Made by a program: the position numbers and the translations under genes. Under the pieces are notes generated by a model, which did not search any database, was not told the DNA's origin, and saw only the letters and a program-made list of their open reading frames with translations. Source: an uncultured Chloroflexia bacterium (GTDB lineage: Bacteria > Chloroflexota > Limnocylindria > Limnocylindrales > CSP1-4). From it: a DNA stretch of 64,000 nucleotides. Below are positions 19,070 to 27,523 of this stretch, piece after piece; within the stretch, counting starts at the first letter, position 1; each line of letters begins with the position of its first letter. The stretch is from assembly GCA_963742075.1 (NCBI GenBank), contig CAVUKR010000002.1, positions 8,057 to 72,056 of the forward strand. The letters are read 5' to 3'.

Positions 19070-19788
19070 GGCTCGTCCCGATCGTCGTCCTCGAACGGGG
19101 TCGCCTCGCGGCCCCGCAGGACGATGTCGAAGGTGAACCCGAGCGCCCATTCGGGCACGGTCTCGCCGATGTCGAAATGGGCGATCACGCGCTCGCGTCC
19201 ACGCGCGTTCGGGATCGAGTTGAGGATCGGGTCCTGGCGGAAGAGCGGGTCGCCCGGGAAGTACATCTGGGTCACGAGGCGCTGCGGGAACGCGTGCCCG
19301 AACAGCGAGAAATGGATGTGCGCCGGGCGCCAGGCGTTGAGGTGGTTGCGCCAGGGATAGGCGCCCGGCCGGATCGTCACGAACCGATAGCGGCCCTCGT
19401 GGTCGGTCAGCGCTCGGCCGATGCCGCTGAAGTTCGGATCGAGCGGCGCAGGATGCTGGTCGACGTCGTGCCGGTAGCGGCCGGCGGCGTTCGCCTGCCA
19501 GATCTCGACCAGGCTGTCCCGCACCGGCCGGCCATCGGCGTCCATCACCCGCCCGGCCACGATGATCCGCTCGCCGAGGGGCTCGCCGTCGTGCTGGACG
19601 GTCAGGTCCATGTCGGTCGGGCCGACCCGCCCTGGACCGAGCAACGGCCCGGTCAGCTCGGTCAGCGACTGCGGCAGCAGGACGAGCGGCTTCGACGGCG
19701 CCCGGAGCCGGGTCGCCTCGTACGCGGGATACAGGTAGGGCGGGTCCACCGGGTCCTCGTCGCGGCGGTAGCCGTGTCGCTCACCCAT
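19066..19788 (-). CDS. pcaH: protocatechuate 3,4-dioxygenase, beta subunit
   Basis: VEIWQANAAGRYRH...YPWRNHLNAWRPAHIHFSLFG. ATG at 19788. Confidence 0.9.
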   Translation of the reverse strand: MGERHGYRRDEDPVDPPYLYPAYEATRLRAPSKPLVLLPQSLTELTGPLLGPGRVGPTDMDLTVQHDGEPLGERIIVAGRVMDADGRPVRDSLVEIWQANAAGRYRHDVDQHPAPLDPNFSGIGRALTDHEGRYRFVTIRPGAYPWRNHLNAWRPAHIHFSLFGHAFPQRLVTQMYFPGDPLFRQDPILNSIPNARGRERVIAHFDIGETVPEWALGFTFDIVLRGREATPFEDDDRDEP

Positions 19789-20893
19789 CGGTCGCCATCC
19801 CCTGTTGGCCGCCACCGGCCGCCGGCCCGTCGCCGGCAGCCGACCCCTCCGGCGCCCAGAGCCAGTACCCGGTCGGGAACGGGTGGAGGTTGAACCGGCC
19901 GGCGATCGCGCCCCAGATGCCGCGCGGCGCCCAGAGGGCGATGACGATCGCGACGATCCCCAGGACGATGAAGTACCAGGCACCGTATGGCGCGAGCGCG
20001 GTCTGAAGCGCGAAGTAGACGATCGTCCCGACGATCGGACCCTCGATCGAGCCGATCCCGCCGATGATGACGACGAAGATCATCTTGGCCGACCACGAGA
20101 CGCTGAACACCGACGTCGACTGGACGTTCAGCTGGCTGAGCAGGAGGAGGCCGCCCGCGGCACCGCAGCCGGCCGCGGCGACGAGGAAGACGATCCGCTT
20201 CGCCGAGGCGACGTCGGAGCCCGCGCTCCGCGCCCCGATCTCGTCATCGCGGACCGCCGTCAGGACGAGCCCGAGGCGACCGCGCAGGACGACATAGACG
20301 GTCGCCAGCGCGAGCACCACGACCGCGAGGCTGGCCCAGTACGTCCAGGCCAGCCGGGTCGTCGGGTCGATCCCCGAGGCGCCGGGCAGGATGGTGCCGG
20401 TGCCCCCGCCGAGCGATGGGAACCGGCTGACGATGAGCTGCACCGAGTCGGCCACGACCCAGGTCGCGATCGCGAAGTACCCGCCGCGCAGGCGGAGCAG
20501 GAGCCACGAGATCGGGAGCGCGGCGACGGCGGATCCGACGACGGCCAGCGGCAGCGCGAGGTACGGCTGCATCCCCCACTGGGCGAGGATCAGGACGCCG
20601 TACGCGCCGAGACCGATGAATGCCTGCTGCCCGATCGACACGAGGCCGGCATAGCCCGCCAGCAGGTTCCACATCGAGGCCATCGTGAGGAGGATGAACA
20701 CGTCGACGAGGGTCGCGGTCGTGCCCGCCCCGACCAGGGCCGGGAAGGCGGCCAGGACCACGACCGCCGCGACCACGACGACCGGCGTCAGGCGATGCCG
20801 GCGGCGCGACCGGGTGACGCGGACGGCAGGCGGCGCCGCCGCCGGCCTAGGGCCACGGTCCGCGGAGAGCGCCGTGTCGGCCGGGAGCGTCAC
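19781..20893 (-). CDS. branched-chain-amino-acid-type (HAAT family) ABC transporter permease, LivM-like
   Basis: GTG at 20893 overlaps the upstream stop (GTGA). Multi-TM sequence with SIGQQAFIGLGAYG and VRDDEIGARSAG. Confidence 0.85.
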   Translation of the reverse strand: MTLPADTALSADRGPRPAAAPPAVRVTRSRRRHRLTPVVVVAAVVVLAAFPALVGAGTTATLVDVFILLTMASMWNLLAGYAGLVSIGQQAFIGLGAYGVLILAQWGMQPYLALPLAVVGSAVAALPISWLLLRLRGGYFAIATWVVADSVQLIVSRFPSLGGGTGTILPGASGIDPTTRLAWTYWASLAVVVLALATVYVVLRGRLGLVLTAVRDDEIGARSAGSDVASAKRIVFLVAAAGCGAAGGLLLLSQLNVQSTSVFSVSWSAKMIFVVIIGGIGSIEGPIVGTIVYFALQTALAPYGAWYFIVLGIVAIVIALWAPRGIWGAIAGRFNLHPFPTGYWLWAPEGSAAGDGPAAGGGQQGMATDG

Positions 20894-21759
20894 GTCACGG
20901 CCCTCGGTCCGGCGATGCCCTGGGGCCTGATCGCGAGCACGACCAGGAACACGAGGTTCCCGGCGAGGAACCCGAACCCCGGATCGATGGTCGAGCCGAT
21001 CGATTGCGCCACACCGAGCACGATCCCGCCGGCCAGCGTGCCCCACAGCGAGCCGATCCCGCCGATGACGACCGCCTCGAACGCGAAGATGAGGCGGCTC
21101 GAGCCGCTCGCCGGCGCGAACGACGAGTACATCCCGAATGCGAGCCCGGCGAGCGCCACCGTCGCGAGCGCCAGCCCGGCGGCGATGCCGAACACATGGC
21201 GGTAGCGGACGCCGGACAGCTGGGCCGCCTCCCGGTCGTCGGAGACCGCCCGGATCTGCCGGCCGGACGATGTCGAGCCGAGGTACCAGGCGAGCGCGCT
21301 GAGCACGAGTACGGCCACGATGAAGATCCCGAGCGAGAGGTACGCGATCGAGATCTGGTTGTTGAGCTGGAACGAGCCGGTCACCAGCGAGCCGATGTCG
21401 ATGGAGTGGCTGTCGGCCGAGAACACCTCGAGCAGGGCGTTCTGGATGATGACCGCCAGCCCGAAGGTCACGATGAGGGTGGTCAGCGGTCCCCGGTCGA
21501 GGGCGGCCTGGACGAAGGTCCGCTGACCCAGGTAGCCGATGATCGCGAAGGCCGGCACGACGACGACGAACGCCAGCAGCGGCGGCAGGCCGAACAGCGG
21601 GATCACCACGATCGCGAGGTACGCCCCCGCGACGGCGAGGTCGCCGTGGGCGAGGTTGATCGTGCCCATCACGCCGTACAACAGTGACAGGCCGGTCGCG
21701 GACAGCGCGTAGAGGCCGCCGAGGAGCACCCCCTGGATCAGCGCGTTGAGCCAGATCAT
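20890..21759 (-). CDS. HAAT-family ABC transporter permease, LivH-like
   Basis: MIWLNALIQGVLLGGLYALSATGLSLLYGVMGTINLAHGD..., IRAVSDDREAAQLSG. Confidence 0.85.
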   Translation of the reverse strand: MIWLNALIQGVLLGGLYALSATGLSLLYGVMGTINLAHGDLAVAGAYLAIVVIPLFGLPPLLAFVVVVPAFAIIGYLGQRTFVQAALDRGPLTTLIVTFGLAVIIQNALLEVFSADSHSIDIGSLVTGSFQLNNQISIAYLSLGIFIVAVLVLSALAWYLGSTSSGRQIRAVSDDREAAQLSGVRYRHVFGIAAGLALATVALAGLAFGMYSSFAPASGSSRLIFAFEAVVIGGIGSLWGTLAGGIVLGVAQSIGSTIDPGFGFLAGNLVFLVVLAIRPQGIAGPRAVT

Positions 21760-22496
21760 CCCGCGCCCGCCGCTGCGCCAACGGCCGTGCCCACGCCGAG
21801 CCCGAAATAGGCGGCTTCGATCTGCTGCGGAGTGAAGCTGTCGCGCGGTCCGGACAGGGTGGTCCGGCCCTCGAGCAGGCACTGGATCCGGTCCGCGACC
21901 CGGATCGCCTGGCTCACGTCCTGCTCGACGACCAGGACGGACATGCCGGTCGACAGCAGCTCCGGCAGGAGGCCATAGATCTGGCGCACGACCTTCGGCG
22001 AGAGCCCCAGCGACAGCTCGTCGAGCATCAGGACGCGCGGGTTCGAGACCAGCGCCCGCCCGATCGCGACGGCCTGCTGCTCGCCGCCCGACAGCTGCGC
22101 CGCCCGCTGACCGCGCCGCTCGCGGACCCACGGGAAGAGCTCGAAGACGCGCTCGATCGTCCACGGTCCCGGCCGGTGACGGTGGGCGCCGACGAGCAGG
22201 TTCTCCTCGACGGTGAGCGACGGGAACAGGCGCCGGCCCTCCGGCACGAGCGCGATCCCGGCCACCAGCCGGTCCTCCGGCGATCGACCCGTCAGGTTGG
22301 CGCCACCGAGGCGCACGCTCCCGCTGGTCGGCAGGTGGAGCCCGGCCAAGGTCCGCAGCAGCGTCGACTTGCCCGCCCCGTTGGCACCGATGATGGCATA
22401 CGCCTCACCCTCGCCGAGCTCGAGGCTCACCCCGCTGAGCGCACGGAGCTGTCCGTGGTGGACGGTCAGGTCGTGGACGTCGAGCAGCGCGGTCAT
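21756..22496 (-). CDS. HAAT-family ABC transporter ATP-binding protein, LivF-like
   Basis: Walker A GANGAGKST, signature LSGGEQQ, Walker B LMLDE. Confidence 0.88.
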   Translation of the reverse strand: MTALLDVHDLTVHHGQLRALSGVSLELGEGEAYAIIGANGAGKSTLLRTLAGLHLPTSGSVRLGGANLTGRSPEDRLVAGIALVPEGRRLFPSLTVEENLLVGAHRHRPGPWTIERVFELFPWVRERRGQRAAQLSGGEQQAVAIGRALVSNPRVLMLDELSLGLSPKVVRQIYGLLPELLSTGMSVLVVEQDVSQAIRVADRIQCLLEGRTTLSGPRDSFTPQQIEAAYFGLGVGTAVGAAAGAG

Positions 22497-23311
22497 CGGC
22501 CGGACCCGGCCTCGGCCAGCGCGACCTCGGCCAGCGATTCAGCGGTCGCCTCGGTGCCGAGGAAGACTTCCTTGACCATCGGGCTGGCGAGCACGGCCTC
22601 GGGCGCGCCGTCGCCGATGATCCGGCCCCCGGCCAGACAGATCAGGCGGTCCACGACCTCGACGAGGGCGCGCACCACGTGCTCGATCCAGATGACCGCG
22701 GTGCCGTTCGCCCGCGCCGCCTGCACGATCGCCACGAGCTGCGCGACCTCCGGGTCGGTCAGGCCGCCGGCCACCTCGTCGAGGAGGAGCAGGCGGGGCC
22801 GCGTCGCCAAGGCGCGGGCCAGCTCGAGTCGCTTGCGCTGGAGCAATCCGAGCTGCGACGCCGGGCGGTTCGCGTCGGCCGGCAGGCCGACCTCGGTCAG
22901 GATGGCGGCCGCCAGCTCGAAGCTGGCCTGCGCACGCTGGCGGCCGCCCTGTTGCGCGGCGACGAGGACGTTCTCGAACACCGTCATGCCCTCGAACGGC
23001 CGTGGGACCTGGTAGGTCCGGCCGATGCCGAGGCGGCAGCGCCGCGCGGCATCGAGCCCGGTGACGTCGCGACCGTCGAAGGCGATCTGCCCGCGGGCCG
23101 GGGCAAGGTCGCCCGAGATCATCGCGAACAGGCTCGTCTTGCCCGCCCCGTTGGGGCCCACGATACCGACGGCATCGCCGGCCCCGATCGCGATCGACAG
23201 GTCGTCGGCGACGACGATCCGGCCGAAACTCCTGGAGACGTGGGTCAGCTCGAGGAGCGGACCCACCGCATCAGGCGTTGGTCGGCTCGAGGCTACCGCC
23301 GGTGGCGACAT
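22493..23311 (-). CDS. HAAT-family ABC transporter ATP-binding protein, LivG-like
   Basis: GPNGAGKTS, LLLLDEVAGGL. The start is uncertain: 23311 overlaps the binding-protein gene by 41 nt, and the in-frame GTG at 23266 lies 4 nt after that stop. Confidence 0.82.
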   Translation of the reverse strand: MSPPAVASSRPTPDAVGPLLELTHVSRSFGRIVVADDLSIAIGAGDAVGIVGPNGAGKTSLFAMISGDLAPARGQIAFDGRDVTGLDAARRCRLGIGRTYQVPRPFEGMTVFENVLVAAQQGGRQRAQASFELAAAILTEVGLPADANRPASQLGLLQRKRLELARALATRPRLLLLDEVAGGLTDPEVAQLVAIVQAARANGTAVIWIEHVVRALVEVVDRLICLAGGRIIGDGAPEAVLASPMVKEVFLGTEATAESLAEVALAEAGSGR

Positions 23312-24698
23312 CGGAGTTGAGGCTGTTGTCGACGACCACCATCTCCCACGGGTACGTCGTGCCTTTCTTCCACTGGACGCCGACGGGGCGCATCATCCCG
23401 ATCCCCGGCTGTGGTCCCTTGGCGAAGTCAAGCGGTCCGCAGATGCCCGAATACTGCAAGGTGCCGAGGGCCGCCGCCACCGCATCCTTGCCGTGCGGGT
23501 CCTGGACGGCAGCGAAGGCCAGTTCGGCGACCTCGAACAGCGAATACGTGGAGCCAAGCGACTGGAGCCACTGCTTTCCGGACGCCTTCTGGTAGGCGTC
23601 GGCGAGGTCCTTGCTCAATTCACCGGTCAGCGACGACTTGTAGGGCATGAACGGGCCCCACCAGCAGTCCGTCGCGATGTTGTTGACCAGGTCCCCGAGT
23701 GCCTCGGTGTCGGCCGGGAAGAGGAGGACCTTGGCGACGGTGGCGAGCTTCGGCTTGAAGCCCTGCTGGGCCGCCTGCTTCCAGAACGTGTTGAAGTCGG
23801 GCGGCAGCGGAGCGTTGATGAAGATCTGGACGTTCGCCGCCTTGAAGGCGGAGATCATCGCGGTGAAGTCGGTCGTGCCGTCGGGATACGGCCCTCCGTC
23901 GACGAACGTGTAGCCGGCCTTCTTGATGACATCGGGCCAGGCGGCCCGGAACGCGTTGCCGTCGGCGTCGTTCGGGAACATCCCGCCGACGACCTTGTTC
24001 GTCGGGATCCGGTCCCACATCGGGACGAAGCAGCCGCCGAACGTCTCGGCGCCGAAGAAGAACATCGTCGTGTACTTGAACGGGACGGGCTTGGCCGGAT
24101 CCGCCTGCCGCCCGAAGAACCAGGCCTGCCATGGAACGACGGTCGACAGGCACGGGACGCCCTGCGCCTCGCAGATCTGGGCGACCGGGTTGGTCGTCTC
24201 CGGGGTCGACGTCGTCACGACCATGTCGGCCTTGTCCTGGAGGATCAGCTCCTGTGCCACCTGCGAAGCACGGTTCGGGTCGGACTGCGAGTCCTTGACC
24301 ACGATCTCGACGTCGTACCTCTTGCCGCCGACCTGGAAGCCCTTGGTATACGCGTCCGATGCGCGGATGCGGTCCACGACGAACGCGTCGCCCGAGGCGA
24401 ACCCGGCAAGCTGCCCGGTCTGCGGCGTCACGAAGCCGATGGTGATCTTGCCCGCGCTCGGGGCCGTGGACGCGGCGACACTCGCTGCCGCTGAGGCGCC
24501 CGTCGTCGGGGCGGTCGACGCGGCGGCGCTCGGCGCGGTCGAGGCCGCGGGGGAGCAGGCCTCGATGAGGCCCGCGGCGCTGACCCCCGCGAGGCCGACA
24601 CCGAGCCCCTTCAACAGGTTTCGACGGGTCAACGGTCGATCGAGCGCGGTGGGCGGCGGATCGCTCGCCTCGGGCGCGGGACGCGGTCGGTCGGTCAT
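23271..24698 (-). CDS. ABC transporter substrate-binding lipoprotein (periplasmic binding protein type I, Leu/Ile/Val-binding family)
   Basis: Tat-like or lipoprotein signal LTRRNLLKGLGVGLAGVSAAGLIEAC, a Ser/Ala/Thr linker, then a PBP1 fold. It is the first gene of the pca operon. Confidence 0.8.
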   Translation of the reverse strand: MTDRPRPAPEASDPPPTALDRPLTRRNLLKGLGVGLAGVSAAGLIEACSPAASTAPSAAASTAPTTGASAAASVAASTAPSAGKITIGFVTPQTGQLAGFASGDAFVVDRIRASDAYTKGFQVGGKRYDVEIVVKDSQSDPNRASQVAQELILQDKADMVVTTSTPETTNPVAQICEAQGVPCLSTVVPWQAWFFGRQADPAKPVPFKYTTMFFFGAETFGGCFVPMWDRIPTNKVVGGMFPNDADGNAFRAAWPDVIKKAGYTFVDGGPYPDGTTDFTAMISAFKAANVQIFINAPLPPDFNTFWKQAAQQGFKPKLATVAKVLLFPADTEALGDLVNNIATDCWWGPFMPYKSSLTGELSKDLADAYQKASGKQWLQSLGSTYSLFEVAELAFAAVQDPHGKDAVAAALGTLQYSGICGPLDFAKGPQPGIGMMRPVGVQWKKGTTYPWEMVVVDNSLNSDVATGGSLEPTNA

Positions 24699-24835
24699 CG
24701 CGGTCTCTCCTCCAAGCGGCCCAACCGGCTCGACCCATCCCTAGCCGGCGGGCTCGTCGCCCTGCGTCTCGCGTGGCCATCGCCGGATGGGTTGCGGAAC
24801 GCTAGCACGGGCCCTGCGGCGTGCCTACCCTTCTC

Positions 24836-24850
24836 TTCCACTGAGTGGAA
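24836..24850. promoter_or_regulatory. Perfect palindrome TTCCACTgAGTGGAA in the iclR-to-operon spacer; candidate IclR-type operator
   Basis: 7-bp arms around one central base. It lies 18 nt downstream of the iclR stop and about 140 nt upstream of the binding-protein start. Confidence 0.3.
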
Positions 24851-24867
24851 GCCATCCGCAGAAGGGG

Positions 24868-25653
24868 CTAGGGAGCGGTCGGCAGCACGCCATCCCAGGA
24901 TTCGTGGAGCCGGCGGGAGAGGCCGCGCGCCGCGGTCCGGACCACCGGAGCGAGGCGGGCGACGTCGGTCGATCTCGAGTCGATCACGATCGAGATCGCG
25001 GCCACGACCGTGTCGTGCGAGCCGTAGACCGGCGCGCCGACCGAGAGGCTCCCCATCGTCATCTCGTCCCGCGTGTACGCGAACCCCATCTGTCGGACCT
25101 TGTCGAGGTCGCGCCGGAGCTCGTCGGGATCGACGATCGTCCGCTCGGTCAGGCGCTCGAGGCCGCGGGCGAGCAGGCCGTCGAGCACCTCGTCGTCGGC
25201 ATACGCCAGGAGGACCTTCCCGACGCCCGTCGCGTGCAGCGGAAGCCGCCCGCCGATCCTGGTCACGATCGGGACCGAATCCCGGCCGCTGATCTTCTCC
25301 ACGAAGAGGGCATCGAGCCCGTCGAGGACGGCCAGCTGGACGTTCCCGTGGGTCGCCTCGTAGAGGTCCTCCATGTACGGGATGGCGAGCTCGCGAAGGC
25401 CGGTCCGGATCGGGGCGAGCGAGCCGAGCTCCCACAGGCGGACGCCGACGCGGAACGTCCCGTCGCCGTCGCGTTCGAGGGCGCCCCACCGGACGAGCTC
25501 ACCGGTCAGTCGATGGACGGTCGCAAGTGGGAGTCCCGATCGTCGGCTGATCCGGGTCAGGGTCAGCCGCGACTCGCCCGGCGAGAACGCGCCGAGGATC
25601 GCAAAGACCTTGCTCGTGACGGTCTCTCCGGCGACCGTACTGCCTCCGCTCAT
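24868..25653 (-). CDS. IclR-family transcriptional regulator (PcaR/PobR-like by context)
   Basis: ATG at 25653. wHTH TLTRISRRSGLPLATVHRLTGELV plus an IclR effector domain (GGRLPLHATGVGKVLLAY). Confidence 0.85.
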   Translation of the reverse strand: MSGGSTVAGETVTSKVFAILGAFSPGESRLTLTRISRRSGLPLATVHRLTGELVRWGALERDGDGTFRVGVRLWELGSLAPIRTGLRELAIPYMEDLYEATHGNVQLAVLDGLDALFVEKISGRDSVPIVTRIGGRLPLHATGVGKVLLAYADDEVLDGLLARGLERLTERTIVDPDELRRDLDKVRQMGFAYTRDEMTMGSLSVGAPVYGSHDTVVAAISIVIDSRSTDVARLAPVVRTAARGLSRRLHESWDGVLPTAP

Positions 25654-25657
25654 CTGC

Positions 25658-26983
25658 CTAGTGTGCCGCCCCCGGCCGTTCGTCGGTGGCACGCGCCTCC
25701 ACCGCTGCAAGGCGTCGATCCAGGAAATCGCGTTCGGGTCCGTTCGAGGTCAGCTCGAGGGCCCGCCGGTAGGCCGCCCCGGCCTCGGACCAGCGGCCCA
25801 GCCGGCGCAGCATGTCTGCGCGGGCCGCGTGGAGGTACGGGTACGCATCGAGGTCGCCCCCGGCCGCCAGGCCGTCCATCATCGCCAGCCCGACGGCCGG
25901 ACCATCGGCCATCGCCACGGCCGCCGCGAGGTTGAGCTCGACGACCGGGGTCGGGGTCAGCGCGTGGAGCGCCCGGTAGAGCCTCGCGATCTGGGCCCAG
26001 TCGGTGTCGGCGGGGGTGGTCGCCGCGTCGTGCAGCGCCGCGATCGCGGCCTGGAGCTGGTAGGGACCCGGGCGGCGTCCGCCCAGCGCGCTGTCGACGA
26101 GGGCCTGTCCCTCCGCGATCCGCCCGGTGTCCCAGCGGGCCCGGTCCTGATCGTCGAGCAGGATCAGCTCGCCCGTTGGACTGACCCGGGCCTCGCGACG
26201 GGCGTCATGGAGCAGCATCAGGGCGAGCAGCCCGCGCGCCTCGGGCTCGTCGGGGAGCAGCGACACCACGACCCGGGCCAGCCGGATCGCCTCCGCGCAC
26301 AGCTCGCGCCGGATCAGCGAATCGCCCGACGATGCCGCGTACCCCTCGTTGAACACCAGGTAGAGCACCCGCAGGACCCCGTCGAGCCGCTCGGGCAGGA
26401 GCTCGGCCGGCGGGACACGGTAGGGGATCCCGGCGTCGCGGATCTTGCGCTTGGCACGGACCAGCCGCTGGGCGAGGGTCGGTTCGGGGACGAGGAACGC
26501 GCGGGCGATCTCTGGCGTCGTCAGGCCGCCGAGCGTGCGCAGCGTCAGCGCGACCCGGGCGTCCATCGCCAGTGCCGGGTGGCAGCACGTGAAGATGAGC
26601 CGGAGCCGATCGTCGGCGATCTGCATGTCGTCCTCCGCCGCGCCGTCGTCGATGGCGCGCAGGTCGGACTCGAGCGTGGCCTCGCGGGCCAGCGTCTCGG
26701 TCTTCTCGGTCAGGCGCTTGCGCCGTCGCAGCCGGTCGATGGCGCGGTTGCGGGCCGTGGTCGTGATCCACGCCCCGGGATTGGCCGGGATGCCCCGCTC
26801 GGGCCAGGTCTCGAGCGCGCTGATGAAGGCGTCCTGGACGGCTTCCTCGGCGAGGTCGAAGTCGCCCGTGACCCGGATCAGCGTCGCGATCGCCCGGCCC
26901 TGCTCCTCGCGGAACAGGCGGTCGACCGCGTCATGGGCGGCGTCCGGCCCGGCGGCGGTCGGGTCGATCGCGGCCGGCCTCAG
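25658..26983 (-). CDS. ECF-type sigma-70 factor with long C-terminal TPR-like extension (SigJ/DUF6596-type)
   Basis: Region 2: FREEQGRAIATLIRVTGDFDLAEEAVQDAF...NPGAWITTTARNRAIDRLRRR. Region 4: LTTPEIARAFLVPEPTLAQRLVRAKRKI. I place the start at CTG 26983, which overlaps the YCII stop as CTGA. The only canonical alternative is GTG 27058, with a 79-nt overlap. Confidence 0.8.
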   Translation of the reverse strand: MRPAAIDPTAAGPDAAHDAVDRLFREEQGRAIATLIRVTGDFDLAEEAVQDAFISALETWPERGIPANPGAWITTTARNRAIDRLRRRKRLTEKTETLAREATLESDLRAIDDGAAEDDMQIADDRLRLIFTCCHPALAMDARVALTLRTLGGLTTPEIARAFLVPEPTLAQRLVRAKRKIRDAGIPYRVPPAELLPERLDGVLRVLYLVFNEGYAASSGDSLIRRELCAEAIRLARVVVSLLPDEPEARGLLALMLLHDARREARVSPTGELILLDDQDRARWDTGRIAEGQALVDSALGGRRPGPYQLQAAIAALHDAATTPADTDWAQIARLYRALHALTPTPVVELNLAAAVAMADGPAVGLAMMDGLAAGGDLDAYPYLHAARADMLRRLGRWSEAGAAYRRALELTSNGPERDFLDRRLAAVEARATDERPGAAH

Positions 26984-27370
26984 TTCCCCGCCGTGGCCGC
27001 GGCCGTCGAGCCTTCGCGGGCCGCCGCGTAATCCCAGACCGGTCGGACCTCGATGCACCCGGTGCGAGCACCGGGGATCATCGCCGCGTAGGCGATCGCC
27101 TCATCGAGATCGGCCGCCTCGACGAGATAGAACCCCCCGAGGGTCTCCTTCGTCTCGGCGAACGGTCCGTCGGTCGTGATGGTCCGGCCGTCGACGACGC
27201 GGACGGTCGTCGCCGTCGCGGTCGTGTCCAGCGCCTCGCCGCCGAGCATCGCGCCGCGGTCGCGCAGGTGCTGGGAGAACGCGTCGTACTCGGCCGTCTG
27301 GGCCGCCATCTCGTCGGACGGGATCTCGCCGCCGGCTTCTTCGCGCGTAGATCAGCAGGGCGTATTGCAT
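26980..27370 (-). pseudogene. YCII-related (DGPF) domain protein; one frameshift near 27344
   Basis: MQYALLIYA (ATG 27370, frame of ORF 27101..27370), then EEAGGEIPSDEMAAQTAEYDAFSQHL...DGPFAETKETLGGFYLVEAADLDEA (frame of ORF 26980..27309). Confidence 0.75.
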
Positions 27371-27523
27371 GCCTGGCCTCCGTTCCGGAGCCGCCGGCGG
27401 CGACCCTCTGCTTCACGACGAATGGATGGACGCCGAATCGACAGGCTCGAGGACGAGTGGCGCGGTCGTCCCGGGCATCATCGGTCGGACGGTGGCCGGC
27501 TGTCGAGCGGTATCGTGTCATCC

